From: an uncultured bacterium
GTDB lineage: Bacteria > Verrucomicrobiota > Verrucomicrobiia > Limisphaerales > UBA8199
Direction: 5' to 3'
Length of the DNA: 64,000 nt
Assembly (NCBI GenBank): GCA_963749495.1
Contig: CAVVMW010000030.1
Span: 32,001 to 96,000 of the forward strand
Shown here: in pieces, positions 51,625-62,519 of the stretch
Layout of the letters: each line of letters starts with the position of its first letter
Numbering within the stretch: position 1 is the first letter of the stretch
Position numbers and translations under genes: made by a program
The notes under the pieces: generated by a model
Told to the model about the DNA's origin: nothing
Seen by the model: the letters and a program-made list of their open reading frames with translations, nothing else
Database searches by the model: none

Positions 51625-54600
51625 ATGAATACCGATAACCAATTGCTGGCGGAATACGCCCATAACGGCTCCGAGGGGGCCTTCCGGGAACTGGTTGAAC
51701 GGCACATCAACCTGGTGCATTCGGCCGCGCTGCGCGAGGCGCGGGGGAACGTGTCCTTCGCGGAAGACATTACCCAGGCAGTTTTTGCCGAACTGGCGGG
51801 CCGCGCTCTCAAGCTTGTATCCCACCCGGCCCTCTCGGGATGGCTCTATACCTGCGTGCGCCGGATGACTGCGAACTTGCGCCGGGCCGAGGATCGACGC
51901 CAACGTAGAGAACAGGAGGCTTTTACCATGAACGAATTACTGGGGCCGGACCCGGCCGATCAATTGTGGCAAGAAATCAGACCGGTGCTCGATAACGTCA
52001 TGCACGAACTCGACCAGGAGGATCGCACGGCGGTGGTGATGCGGTTTTTCGAGGGACGCAGTCTCAAGGAGGTGGGGACCGCCCTCGGGCTGACGGAGAA
52101 TGCGGCAAACATGCGAGTCGAGCGTTCTCTGGAAAAGCTGAACCGGTTGCTCTCGCGACGCGGCATCCACTCGACCAAGGCCACGCTGGCCGCCGTGCTC
52201 GTGGCCGCCGCCGTGGTGAGCGCGCCCTCGGCCCTCGCGGCGAGCGTCGCAACCGGCGCCCTGGCGACGGCGGCTGCCAAGGGGTCGGCGGCCTTCATCC
52301 TCGCGAAACTCCTGGCGCTGGCCAAAACCAAAACCGCTGTCCTCGGCGGATTGGCCGTCCTCGCGGCCGCCCTCGTCGTCACCTTCCACTCCATTCGCGT
52401 GAATTCTTCGCCAACGCCGGCGCCGATCGAACCTGCCGTTTCGCCTGCCGCCGCCTCCGACGCCAACAGCTCAGCGCAGGCGGATTCGGTTGTCCCGGCC
52501 GGCTCGCCCACAAATCCCCTTACCCCGCCACAAATGGCCTTGCAGCTTGTGGAAGCCGAGACCGGTGCCCCGCTGCCGGGGGCGAAACTGCACCTCTTTT
52601 ACTTGCTCGCCGACGGGCGCGGGAAGACCGTGAAGGCCGCCACAGATGCCAGCGGACGGCTGGGAGTGGACATCCCGCAAGCACCTTACTGCGCGCTGAA
52701 TCTGTTCGTCACGGCGGACGGCCACGTCCCGAAAGTCACCAGTTGGGGCTTCCGGCGCCCGATGCCTTCCGAATACACGATGCAGCTCGAACGCGGCACC
52801 ACCATCGCCGGACTGGTTCTGGACGAAGCCGGCCAACCTGTCGCCGGCGCGGAGATCCAATTCGAGGGCCCCGGCAACGATATGTCATTGGCAGAAAACA
52901 TCCAGTTTGGTCCCGACACACCCGCGAAAACGGACGCCAGCGGCCACTGGTCCTGCAACCTGATTCCCGAGAGCTTCGAGCAGATTTCCCTGCTCATAAC
53001 CCATCAGGACTATGCCGAGACAAATCTCCAAGTCCGGCCGGCCGCCCCAGATGCCGGCAAGCTCGTCATCACCCTGCCGGCCGGCTTCTCCGTCGCGGGC
53101 CTCGTCCAGGACTCGAACGCCCAGCCCATTGAAGGCGCGACGGTCCGCCAGGTGCGTCTGAACCAGGAAAATGAGCGTTCCAGGACCACGGATGCTTCAG
53201 GAGCGTTCGAATTCAGGAACGCGAAGGCAGGCGAGTTGGTGCTGGCAGTTCAGGCGCAAGGATTTGCGCCGGCAGTGCGGACCCTCCAGATCGCCACCAA
53301 CGAGTCCGCGCTCCGGTTCCAACTCGGTCCCGGCCAACTCCTGCGCGGCCGTGTGGTGGATGAGGCCGGCGCACCCGTTACCAACGCCTTCGTGGAGACC
53401 ACCCGGAGGGCCGTCAACAAAATCAGATGGTCCACGAACACCGATGCCGGCGGCCGGTTCGCGTGGGATTCCGCTCCCCCGGAGCCGCTGCTCTACTCTG
53501 TCCTGGCCGAAGGCTTTAACCGGGCTTACGCCCTGACGCTCCAGGCCGATGGCTCGGAGCACGAAATCAAGCTGACGCGCTACCAACCGGACAAGGACAC
53601 GATTAAAATCACCGGAACCGTGGTCAACGCCGAGAACAGCCTGCCGCTGGATGCCTTTAAGGTATTCGTGGCCGAGCTTGAGCCCGAATGGGCCTTCCCG
53701 CCGGCCTTTTACACGGCGGGCAAAGACGGGGACTTCGCCCTGTCAATTCCTTCGAAATCGAGCCACCCCGGTTACCAGATCCAGATTGAGAAAGAAGGTT
53801 ATCTGCCCGCGGCGTCGGCGAGTCTGCTAAGAAGGGACGGCAATCAGGCGTTGCGATTCGAGCTGCGCAAAGGCGCCGGTCCCTCCGGCCTGGTGCTCCT
53901 TCCGAGCGGCGAACCCGCCGCTAACGCGACGGTGCTTTTATGCACCTCTTTTGCGGGAGTGACCCTGGGTGGTCCCGCCCATGTTCAAACAGGCCTCAAC
54001 ACGACTACCTACCGGACGCAAACCGACGGCACGGGGAGATTCTCGCTGGCTCCCGCCATCGATCCCCAGGGACTCATTATCGTTCACGACCAGGGCTACG
54101 CCGAGGCCAGCCTGGCTCAACTCGCGGCGTCAGGCACGGTGAGGCTGCAACCCTGGGGGCGCCTGGAAGGCAAGCTGATGCTCGAGTCCCGGCCCGGCGC
54201 CAACGAGCACGTCGAGGCCTGCAACCAGGTGATGCGCTATTCCGATGCCGGACGCCACTTTAGCTTCCTGAACTGGCGGCTCGAAGCGACCACGGATGCC
54301 GAGGGGAAATTCTCCTTCGACAAAGTGCCGCCCGGCCAATGCGAAATCTTCCGTCAACAAAAGGTGTCCCACTCCTTCTTTGTGACGCATGAGACCCGGG
54401 CATCAATCACGGCTGGAGAAGTGGCCGAGGTGGTCCTGGGCGGCGCAGGCCGGTCGCTGGCCGGAACAGCCGTCCTGCCCGGGGCAGCGGGCATTGACTG
54501 GCGAAGCGTGGCGATCACGCTGAAATCGAAAACCGGCGGCGAACCGGGCCGAGGCCAAGGCTCCAGGACTTTTCATCCGTCCAGGCATATATCGCCGCCG

Positions 54601-54887
54601 ACGAGCGTTTCTTCCAGGCCATCCAGGCGCAGCGGCACTTTGGCACGATCTGTGACGCTGATGGTTCGTTTCGCCTGTCGGACCTGCCCGCCGGGACCTA
54701 TGAGCTGCGTATCGAGGTGCGTGATTCCAAGGCAAACTCAGTCTCTCCGCACGACATCTCCGATCCCACTCCCGTTCTCGCTTCCCTCGTCCGTGAGGTC
54801 GTCGTCCCCGAGGGCCAAAGCGCTGAAGCGCTTGACCTCGGAACCTTGGAATTGGCGCGTCCGCAAAGCAATGCCTCGGCGGAGTGA
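51625..54887 (+). pseudogene. ECF sigma-70 factor fused via a TM helix to carboxypeptidase-regulatory-like repeats; frameshift at ~54550
   Basis: AFRELVERH…AEDITQAVF…GWLY…VMRFFEGRSLKEVG; TM; repeated GRVVDEAGAPV..A; the shifted frame continues DGSFRLSDLPAGTYELR…LDLGTLEL to TGA 54885-54887. Confidence 0.85.
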
Positions 54888-54906
54888 AAAAGTCAGAGTT
54901 TGGAGA

Positions 54907-56337
54907 TTATTGCGCCGGCGACTGAGCCTGTCCATCTGGATCCCATTTATCGTCGTAACCTCGAGCTGAACCCAGCTTCCAATCGTTGCCGACCCTAACC
55001 GCCGGCTGAATGATGAACACCGGCCCCCGGCCCCCGGCTAGCGCAGGGTCTATGTCAATTTTTACCCTCAACTCGACCCTGTCCTCCGCCAAGGTCTTCC
55101 GGGCGACCACTTGCATTCCTTTCAAAAGGGTGCCCTTTTCGCTCTGGTCGTGCTCGAACCGCTCGCGCGAGCGGGGGTCGTTCAGTTCATGCTCATGCAG
55201 CTCGGGGCTGTAACTGGCGACGGCCTGCTCATAGTTGCCGGTTGCCAGCGCCCAGAACTGCGACTCCAGCGCTGCCTCGGGCGTGGCGTAACCCGCGAAG
55301 GCAAGTTGGTCTTTGGATATGTATCGGCCTGGATTGGCCGGGGATTGTCCGGAACCAACGGGGGGCGCGGCCGCCTGGTTGGCGCGCTGCTGTGCGGCGT
55401 CGCGTTCCCGGCGCAATTGGCCGACCTCGTTGCGCAGACGAAGCAACTCGGCATTGTCCTTCTGCAGGCGGGCCAGGTCCTCCTTCGCGGCTTGGGTGGC
55501 CCGCGAAGCCACTCTGAGCTCTGCGGCTGACTGCTGGCGCTGTGCGATGAGGTTCTGGTTGTCGGTCTTCAGGCCCTCGATCTGGCGCTGCTGGACCAGG
55601 TAAGTGACTGTCCCGGCCAGGAAGGCTGCGCCGACGGCCGCGATGATCGTTTTTGCGCTGAACATACTCGTGAGGATTGCGTGGGTTGCTGTGGTAGCCG
55701 CCGCCGCGGTGCCCGCCAGGGTAGTGGCCATGATGGCCGCGGAGAGCCCGGCTGGGACAGCAGTGGTGGTGCTGGCGGCCAGAGCGGTTGCCAGCAGGAC
55801 GGAGGTGACAGTAATGCCCTGGGCGGCAAACACGGTCCGCAGCTTCTCCAGGGCGCGGTTGACCCGCATCCGGGCGGCGTCTTCGCTGATGCCCAGTTCC
55901 TGGCCGACCTCGCGGAGGCTGCGGTCCTCGAAATAGCGCAGGACCAGGGCATCGCGCTCGACTTCGTCGAGTTCGGTCATCGCCGGCTCCAGGTGCTCGA
56001 GGATGCGGCTGGTATCGTCGGTCGTTTGCAGGGGTTGCATGGCAACGGCGGCCTGTTCGCGTTGGCGGCGGCGCTGTTCGCCGCGCACGGCGTGCATCGC
56101 CAGGTGACGGGTGGTGTGATAGAGCCAGCCGCCGACAATGGGGGAAGTGCCGAGCGCGCCGGCTTTTTGGACCAGGGTGGCAAACACGTTCTGGGCAACG
56201 TCCTCGGCCAGATGCTCATCATGCACCATCCGCCGCGCGGTGGAATAAACCATGGGCAGATGCCGGGCCACCAGTTCGCGGAAGGCCTCCTGCGACTGGC
56301 TCTGGACATATTCCTGCAGCAACTGCCGGTCATCCAT
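54907..56337 (-). CDS. ECF sigma-70 factor with TM and C-terminal extension
   Basis: MDDRQLL…AFRELVARH…LRYFEDRSLREVG…AARMRVNRALEKLR; coiled coil ELLRLRNEVGQLRR; AGYATPEAALES. Confidence 0.92.
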   Translation of the reverse strand: MDDRQLLQEYVQSQSQEAFRELVARHLPMVYSTARRMVHDEHLAEDVAQNVFATLVQKAGALGTSPIVGGWLYHTTRHLAMHAVRGEQRRRQREQAAVAMQPLQTTDDTSRILEHLEPAMTELDEVERDALVLRYFEDRSLREVGQELGISEDAARMRVNRALEKLRTVFAAQGITVTSVLLATALAASTTTAVPAGLSAAIMATTLAGTAAAATTATHAILTSMFSAKTIIAAVGAAFLAGTVTYLVQQRQIEGLKTDNQNLIAQRQQSAAELRVASRATQAAKEDLARLQKDNAELLRLRNEVGQLRRERDAAQQRANQAAAPPVGSGQSPANPGRYISKDQLAFAGYATPEAALESQFWALATGNYEQAVASYSPELHEHELNDPRSRERFEHDQSEKGTLLKGMQVVARKTLAEDRVELRVKIDIDPALAGGRGPVFIIQPAVRVGNDWKLGSARGYDDKWDPDGQAQSPAQ

Positions 56338-56405
56338 AACACGTTTACTATTCAGTTCCCGCAGCATGCCAAAAGCGAACAGGAGAGGTACGAAAAAAGT
56401 AACTC

Positions 56406-56541
56406 TTCAGGTGTGGGGCAGACCTCTGGTCTGCCGGTTCATGGAGCCTCCGGCTCCGTTTCCCTCGCAGTCGCGAGGCTGGGGGCCAGAGGCCCCTGCA
56501 ACCGGCAGACCGGAGGTCTGCCCCACGCGTGCCCACCTGAA
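56406..56541. repeat. REP/MITE-like 136-bp palindromic element, copy 1
   Basis: TTCAGGTG…GTGGGGCAGACCTCTGGTCTGCCGGTT…AACCGGCAGACCGGAGGTCTGCCCCAC…CACCTGAA; inverted copy at 62826-62961. Confidence 0.88.
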
Positions 56542-56561
56542 CATTTGCCGAAAAAAATGTC

Positions 56562-56602
56562 TTGACCGGCGGGCAGAACTGTCATAGTGTTGTATAACAG
56601 TT
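56562..56602 (+). promoter_or_regulatory. Sigma-70 promoter overlapped by a candidate GntR/YtrA operator
   Basis: TTGACC-N17-TAGTGT; inverted repeat AACTGTcATA-N6-TATaACAGTT (56577-56602). Confidence 0.7.
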
Positions 56603-56610
56603 GAACAGTT

Positions 56611-57018
56611 ATGATCTTTCAAGTCGATTTCCAGGCCGGCAAGCCGGTCTATATCCAACTGGCCGACCAGATCCGATACGCCGCCGCTTCCGGCCGGTTG
56701 CGGCCGGGCGAACCGCTCCCGTCCCTGCGCCCCCTGGCGGAGGAGTTGCGCATCAACCGGAACACGATCGCCAAGGCCTATGCCGAGTTGGAAGGCCAGG
56801 GCATCATCGAGACCATTCCCGGCAAAGGTTTCTTTCTCAGGAAAAACAACTCGCCGTTCACGGAGGATGTCCGGCAACGCCTGCTGCGGACGGAGATCGA
56901 CCAGGCGGTCGTGATGGCGCATCACCTGCAGGTGGGCCGGCAGAAATTCCTCGGCTTGGTCGAGGAACGGCTCGACTATTTCGAACGCAAGTCCGGGACC
57001 GCCAAGGACGGCAACTGA
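56611..57018 (+). CDS. GntR family (YtrA-like) regulator
   Basis: PVYIQLADQI…LPSLRPLAEELRINRNTIAKAYAELE…GKGFF. Confidence 0.95.
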   Translation: MIFQVDFQAGKPVYIQLADQIRYAAASGRLRPGEPLPSLRPLAEELRINRNTIAKAYAELEGQGIIETIPGKGFFLRKNNSPFTEDVRQRLLRTEIDQAVVMAHHLQVGRQKFLGLVEERLDYFERKSGTAKDGN

Positions 57019-57034
57019 ACCAAGAGAAAACGCT

Positions 57035-57943
57035 ATGCAAACTGAAGCTCCAGTCATCGAGATCACCAATCTAAGCCGCTGCTACGGCAAAGTGGAGGCC
57101 GTCAACGGCCTGAGCTTGAAGGTCCGCGCCGGGCGCTGCTACGGGTTCTTCGGACGCAACGGGGCGGGCAAGACGACGACGATCAAGTGCCTGCTCAATC
57201 TCCTGCAGCCGGGTTCGGGGAGCGTGCGCGTCTTCGGCCTGGACCCGCGGAAGAGCGAGGTGGCGGTCAAATCGCGGCTCTCTTATGTGCCCGATGCCGT
57301 GGCGTTCTATCCCTGGATGACGGTGAACCAGACCTTGGGATTCCTGGCCTCGTTCCGCCGGCGGTGGAATCGAGACCTGGAGGCGGATTTGCTGAAGCGG
57401 TTCCAGCTCGATCCGGCGCGCAAGTCCAGCGAGCTCTCCAAAGGGCAGAAGACGCAACTGGCGCTCATCGGCGCCGTGTGCCCGGAGCCGGAACTGCTGG
57501 TCCTGGACGAGCCAACGTCCGGGCTGGACCCGATTGTGCGGCGGGAGTTTATCCAGACGGTAATCGGGGCCTACCACGCGGCCGAGCCGGAGCACCGGAC
57601 CGTCTTTGTTTCGACGCACCTGATCGGCGAGTTCGAGGGATTGATTGATGAGTTTACCATCATCGAGCAGGGCCGCGAGCTGCTGACGCTGCCGGCCGAG
57701 GACGCGCGGGAACGGTTCCGGCGAATCCGCGCCGTGTTTCCCCAGGAACCGGCGGGCCTGGACCTGGCCGGGGCGCTGAGCGTGCGGTGGTCGGGCCGCG
57801 AGGTGGAGGTCCTGGCCGATGGAAACAGCCGGCAGTTGGTGGAAAGGCTCCAGGCGCGGCGGCCCGACGAGTTGCGCTGCGATTCGCTGACGCTGGAGGA
57901 GATTTTTGTGGCGGCGGGGACTCTTTCCAAGGCACGGCTATGA
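57035..57943 (+). CDS. ABC transporter ATP-binding protein
   Basis: GRNGAGKTT, LSKGQ, LVLDEPT, STH. Confidence 0.95.
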   Translation: MQTEAPVIEITNLSRCYGKVEAVNGLSLKVRAGRCYGFFGRNGAGKTTTIKCLLNLLQPGSGSVRVFGLDPRKSEVAVKSRLSYVPDAVAFYPWMTVNQTLGFLASFRRRWNRDLEADLLKRFQLDPARKSSELSKGQKTQLALIGAVCPEPELLVLDEPTSGLDPIVRREFIQTVIGAYHAAEPEHRTVFVSTHLIGEFEGLIDEFTIIEQGRELLTLPAEDARERFRRIRAVFPQEPAGLDLAGALSVRWSGREVEVLADGNSRQLVERLQARRPDELRCDSLTLEEIFVAAGTLSKARL

Positions 57944-60549
57944 GCGCGCTGGTGAGCAAAGAAGTCCGGTTGGTGTTGCCCGCTTACGCGATGGCGCTGG
58001 TGTTGGCGGTGGCGCCCATCTGGTTGTTCCCCAACCCGGAGAGCACGGCCTCGGACGGGGCGGTGGTTTTCTTCTGGTTTGGGGCGGCGATGCTTGCCCT
58101 GTCCTCCTTTGGGCGCGAGTTCGGGATGAACACGTTTTCGCTGATCCTGGTCCAGCCGCTGGAGCGCGCCCGGATTTGGCGGGCGAAGGTCGGAGTGCTG
58201 GCGGGCGCGATGGCCAGCCTGCTGGCGGCCTGGTGTCTGTCCTGGGCTGCGGCTGTCCCGCTGGGCAGGGGTCGCTCCGGCCTGGGGGAGACGCTGGCGG
58301 TCGGCGGGGTGAGCGTGGCGGTCGCCCTCGCGGGAGGGCTATGGACGACGTTGTTGTTCCGCCAGGTGGCGGCGGCGTTCTGGTTTACGCTGCTGGTGCC
58401 CGGGGCGATCGTGGTGCTGACAACAAGCGCGCGGACCCCGGTGATGGTGACCTACGCGGCGCTGCTCGCCTATTCAGCGGGCGGTTTCTGGCTGGCGTGG
58501 TGGCAATTCCACCGGGCGCAGGAGACCGGCTGGACCGGCGGCCTGGTGGCTCTGACCGGCTGGCGGAGGAGCGCGGCCGCGTCCACCACCGGTGTGCGTG
58601 CGCGGCGTTCGCTCAGGGCCCTGCTGTGGAAGGAACTGCAACTGCACCAGGTGGGGTTGGCGGGCATGGCCTTGCTGTTCCTCCTCCACCTCGGGGTGGT
58701 GGCCATCCGCAAGGCCGGGGCGCAGGCCCTCGGGGACAACGTCCGCGCGGCCCTCGAGATGTTCGGCGCGATTTGGCTTATTGTGCCCCTGGTCCTGGCC
58801 AGCGCGAGCGTGGCCGAGGAGCGCAAGCTGGGCACCATGGACTCGATGATGTGCCAGCCGGTCTCGACCCGCCTCCAATTTGGCATCAAGCTGCTTTTTG
58901 CGCTGGTCCTGGGCGGGCTGCTCAGCGCCGCTTTGCTTTGGACGGCGGAGAGCATCGGGGCCTCTTTTGGGGTGGGCACGATAATCGGCGGTCCGAAACC
59001 ATCCATCGAGAACCTGCCGGTGCTCTTCCCTTTGAGCGGGGTCTTTCTGGCACTCGCCCTCATCGGCTTTTACGCCTCAACGGCCTCGCGCCATATCGTG
59101 CAAGCCATGGCAGTGGCTGTGGCGGCCAGCCTCGGGCTTTGGATGGCCATCACAGTGGCTTCCAGGCCGCTCGAGGTCTTCGGGGTCCTGCTGTGGGGGA
59201 GCAGCCTGGCGCACTATGTGGGCTTGCCGACGCTGGTGGGTTGTTTCCTTTGGCTGGCATGGCGCAACTTCAAGTCCGTTTCCGGGGGTGGCGGCCTATG
59301 GCGTCAGAACCTCCTCGCCCTGGCCGGTTCGCTCGTGTTTATTGCCGGGGCGACCTCGCTGCTATACAACCGTGCCTGGGAGTGGGTGACGCCGTTGGAA
59401 GCCGCGCATGGCCCCGCGAAGATAGCCGGACCCAACGCAGTGCACTTTAGCTCCTACGGCGGTTCAGCGCTCTTGGCTGTGATGTCCGACGGGCGGCTCT
59501 GGGTGGACCAAGTGGCCTATTACCCAGGCCGGCCAATTATGGTTCTTTACGGGGACGGCGGGATCTGCGTGGGAGGGAAATGGACCAGCCTCAGCGGCAA
59601 TCATTTTGTCGCGGGCACCAATTGGGTGGACGCGGCGGCGAACTACAAGGAGACGATTGGCATCCGGTCCGACGGCTTGCTGTGGGTCTCCGAAAAGCCG
59701 CGGCGCTGGCGCGAAGACGCGCCCTTCGCCGTGGAAGACCCGGCTCCCCTGGTGCGGTTTGGCGCCCAAACAGACTGGCAGGGCGTCGCCCGGGACTACA
59801 CCGAGGCGGCGACGCTCCTGAAGAAGGACGGGACGCTCTGGAGTTGGGGCACGAACTCCTGGAGTGGCAGAGCGGAATGGCCCGGGTTTCGTTCCTTCCA
59901 GCCGCGCCGGTTGGGGACGGAATCGGACTGGGCGAAGATCCTGTCGAATGAGGGTTTGATTTATCTGTGGAAGGCTGACGGGAGCGCCTGGTGGCTCCAT
60001 CATACAAGCCAACCTCCCCGCACCGGTGCTGCCGAAGGGGAGCCGGGGACAGTGATCGAGCGAATGCGGGGCCTGGATAACCTCCGATGGCAGAGCTTGG
60101 CGCGATTCAGGAGTCTTGAGGCGGGTGTCCGGGAGGATGGCACCCTTTGGGGTTGGAAGCTGGGGCCGCCGGCCAAGCCTGGGCCAGACTCGGCTTACTC
60201 CCCCAAATTGGCGCAAGTCGGGAAGGACACGGATTGGTGCGCGGTCGGCGGCGGCCATGAGATTATAGTGGCGCTCAAGGCCGATGGCTCGATCTGGACG
60301 TGGGAGTTTTCGAGGGTGCTCGACGAATTGTCTCGATTGCTGTCAGGGCCGCCCACGCAGCTTGGCTCGCGCCGTGATTGGGTCGCAGTTGGCAACTACT
60401 GGGCAGGGGCTGTTACCCTGGCGGCCGACGGCAGCCTCTGGTTCTGGCATCCCCGAGGCCGCGGGTTTTACGCGCCCTCGGACCAGCCGTTGCTGGCGCC
60501 CTCCCGAAGGCCGGCAAAGATCGAGAACATCTTGGAGGGGAGGAATTGA
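57940..60549 (+). CDS. ABC permease (duplicated membrane domain) with C-terminal RCC1-like beta-propeller
   Basis: ATGA overlap with the ATPase gene; two permease halves (SFGREFG; SVAEERKLGT); LKKDGTLWSWG, ALKADGSIWTW. Confidence 0.85.
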   Translation: MSALVSKEVRLVLPAYAMALVLAVAPIWLFPNPESTASDGAVVFFWFGAAMLALSSFGREFGMNTFSLILVQPLERARIWRAKVGVLAGAMASLLAAWCLSWAAAVPLGRGRSGLGETLAVGGVSVAVALAGGLWTTLLFRQVAAAFWFTLLVPGAIVVLTTSARTPVMVTYAALLAYSAGGFWLAWWQFHRAQETGWTGGLVALTGWRRSAAASTTGVRARRSLRALLWKELQLHQVGLAGMALLFLLHLGVVAIRKAGAQALGDNVRAALEMFGAIWLIVPLVLASASVAEERKLGTMDSMMCQPVSTRLQFGIKLLFALVLGGLLSAALLWTAESIGASFGVGTIIGGPKPSIENLPVLFPLSGVFLALALIGFYASTASRHIVQAMAVAVAASLGLWMAITVASRPLEVFGVLLWGSSLAHYVGLPTLVGCFLWLAWRNFKSVSGGGGLWRQNLLALAGSLVFIAGATSLLYNRAWEWVTPLEAAHGPAKIAGPNAVHFSSYGGSALLAVMSDGRLWVDQVAYYPGRPIMVLYGDGGICVGGKWTSLSGNHFVAGTNWVDAAANYKETIGIRSDGLLWVSEKPRRWREDAPFAVEDPAPLVRFGAQTDWQGVARDYTEAATLLKKDGTLWSWGTNSWSGRAEWPGFRSFQPRRLGTESDWAKILSNEGLIYLWKADGSAWWLHHTSQPPRTGAAEGEPGTVIERMRGLDNLRWQSLARFRSLEAGVREDGTLWGWKLGPPAKPGPDSAYSPKLAQVGKDTDWCAVGGGHEIIVALKADGSIWTWEFSRVLDELSRLLSGPPTQLGSRRDWVAVGNYWAGAVTLAADGSLWFWHPRGRGFYAPSDQPLLAPSRRPAKIENILEGRN

Positions 60550-60628
60550 GCCGGGTGATCCTCCTATCGGATCAAATGGTTCAGCGACCCGCCACCTTCA
60601 GCCACGCGGCCAGCTTTCCAGACCATTT

Positions 60629-60736
60629 AACCACCGCAGCCCGGGCGCAGATGTCCGGGTGCGAAATCAAAACTACCGGGTGCTCGCCCCCCTTGTCTGG
60701 GAAATTGAAGCGCCAAACGTCGAACTGGTCCTTCAT
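60629..60736 (-). pseudogene. MazF/PemK-like toxin, frameshifted and truncated
   Basis: MKDQFDVWRFNFPDKG then, with one extra G, GEHPVVLISHPDICARAAVV; ATGA-coupled to the upstream small gene. Confidence 0.55.
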
Positions 60737-60960
60737 TCCGGTCCCTGGACACAGGCCGACAGGATAGCCAGTTGCTCGGCGTCCCGCTCCGGGGTCATGT
60801 ATTTGAGCAGGCTCCCGCGGGGAAACATCGCCTTCCGTTCTGCCTTGATGGGCACCAAGGTAATGCTGCCATCCCCGTGATGCGTATAACCAAACACCTG
60901 CCTCGGTTCAGCGTCCGGGATGCGAATCCGCTTGCTGTCATCAACCGTCAAGGTCTTCAT
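60733..60960 (-). CDS. Putative AbrB/MazE-like antitoxin
   Basis: MKTLTVDDSKRIRIP…GDGSITLVP. Confidence 0.6.
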   Translation of the reverse strand: MKTLTVDDSKRIRIPDAEPRQVFGYTHHGDGSITLVPIKAERKAMFPRGSLLKYMTPERDAEQLAILSACVQGPE

Positions 60961-61133
60961 GGCAGTAATTTCCCGCCTTTTCGGATTCGAGTCAAGCCTC
61001 TCGACCGGGACAGCCCTCCTGCCGATGTGTTGGCGCCATGATCAGCCCGAGGGCCTCATCCCGTCTGGCGGTCGGCCGAGGGGCCGATGGACGCAAGCTT
61101 GCATCGAGCCGCGCGAAGGAGTACTTTTTTTCC

Positions 61134-61331
61134 ATGACGGACAAACAGGCCGTGGTTGACGCCCTTCAGAGGCTGCCAGAGAACGCCTCTCTCGAGGAGA
61201 TTACCGAGGAATTACGCATCATGGCAGCGGTCCGGCGCGGACGCGCCGATGTTGCTGCTGGCCGCACCAAGACCCACGAGGAAGCTGAAGACCTGCTTGA
61301 GTCTTGGGCAACAGCATGGACTTCAAAGTAA
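61134..61331 (+). CDS. Putative antitoxin (RelE/ParE-associated type)
   Basis: LQRLPENASLEEI…VRRGRADVAAGRTKTHEEA; overlapping stub MDFKVMF at 61316. Confidence 0.7.
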   Translation: MTDKQAVVDALQRLPENASLEEITEELRIMAAVRRGRADVAAGRTKTHEEAEDLLESWATAWTSK

Positions 61332-61418
61332 TGTTCTGAACAGCCATCATTCGGGTCCCTGCGTGCCGGGGGAAGGCAATCTGGATCCGTTGGTTCTGAG
61401 GCCGTACCCGGTAAAGTT

Positions 61419-61979
61419 TCAGTGTTTCAGCAATTCAGCCACGTCCACGGCCGCGTTGGGGAAAGCTTGGGGCGCGGCCATTTCGCCGGCGCGCAAAATG
61501 GTTCTTGATCCGTAGCCCGTGAAGTGCGGTTCGCGATAGACTTCAACGGTTTCCTCGTTGAGGTTCACAATCCACACTTCGACAATTCCCGCACGACCGT
61601 AGGCGGGAAGTTTCTCGTCGCGGTCCGTCGTGAGGGACGTGTCAGAGACCTCGATGAGCAGATAAACATCCTCGGGTTGCGGATGGCGTTTCCGGTAGAA
61701 ATGCGAAGACGGCTTGAGCAACAGCAAATCCGGCTGCGGTTCGGAATGATCACTCAAATGCACCGGGTTCTGAACCGCGGTCACCCACCGGCCCCGGTGC
61801 GCAGCCGTGAAAACCTCAATCAGATAATTGACTACGCCTCCATGAAAAGGGCCAATCGGCGACATATCAATGATTTCTCCATCGAGAAGTTCCACGCGCG
61901 CGTCCGGCTTCAATACGCCGGTTTCCGCCATGCGGTAATACTCTTTCACACTGAAACGATGTCTGGTCTCAACCGGCAT
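61419..61979 (-). CDS. Uma2 family endonuclease
   Basis: HRFSVKEYYRMAETG…VELLDGEI…EPQPD…IEVSDTS…KLPAYGRAGIVEVWIVNL. Confidence 0.93.
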   Translation of the reverse strand: MPVETRHRFSVKEYYRMAETGVLKPDARVELLDGEIIDMSPIGPFHGGVVNYLIEVFTAAHRGRWVTAVQNPVHLSDHSEPQPDLLLLKPSSHFYRKRHPQPEDVYLLIEVSDTSLTTDRDEKLPAYGRAGIVEVWIVNLNEETVEVYREPHFTGYGSRTILRAGEMAAPQAFPNAAVDVAELLKH

Positions 61980-62519
61980 GTTCGGAAAATACCAAATCAG
62001 CGGGCTATTTGCAACCCGGCCTTCGCCACCACTTGCGCCAGGCACCACGAAGATGGCCGCAACAACCTTTGGTTGCTCACGAACCGCGTCCAGGAGAACC
62101 TGCTCAGGGGCGGAATGCGGGACGCCAGCCGCCTGAACAAGGCCGGGAAGCCCTTTCGGCCCGTGCGGGCCATCCGGAGATTGCGCGCCAACGGGGCGAT
62201 CAATCCGGGCGCCTGGGATTTGGCCAGACCTACCGCTCGCTGACTTGATCGCACTTGAACCGAGGGCAAAAAATCTCACTGGGAACTCGGCGGGCCGGGC
62301 TGTTGGGCTGCTCGTTGCACCCATTCCTTTTCCCATGAGTCAAAATCGCCGTCGCTTGTTACCGCCTCTTGAACCGATGCGCCAACGAAGAGGCAAGCCC
62401 GGGACCATTTTCCGTCCGGCAGTTGGCGGGCCTGCTTTTCGCGGGCGAGGATGAAATACGGCCCGGCATGCACCAACTCCCCGGAGGTATTCTTGGCCCC
62501 TGTCAGCGGCTTCCCGTAA

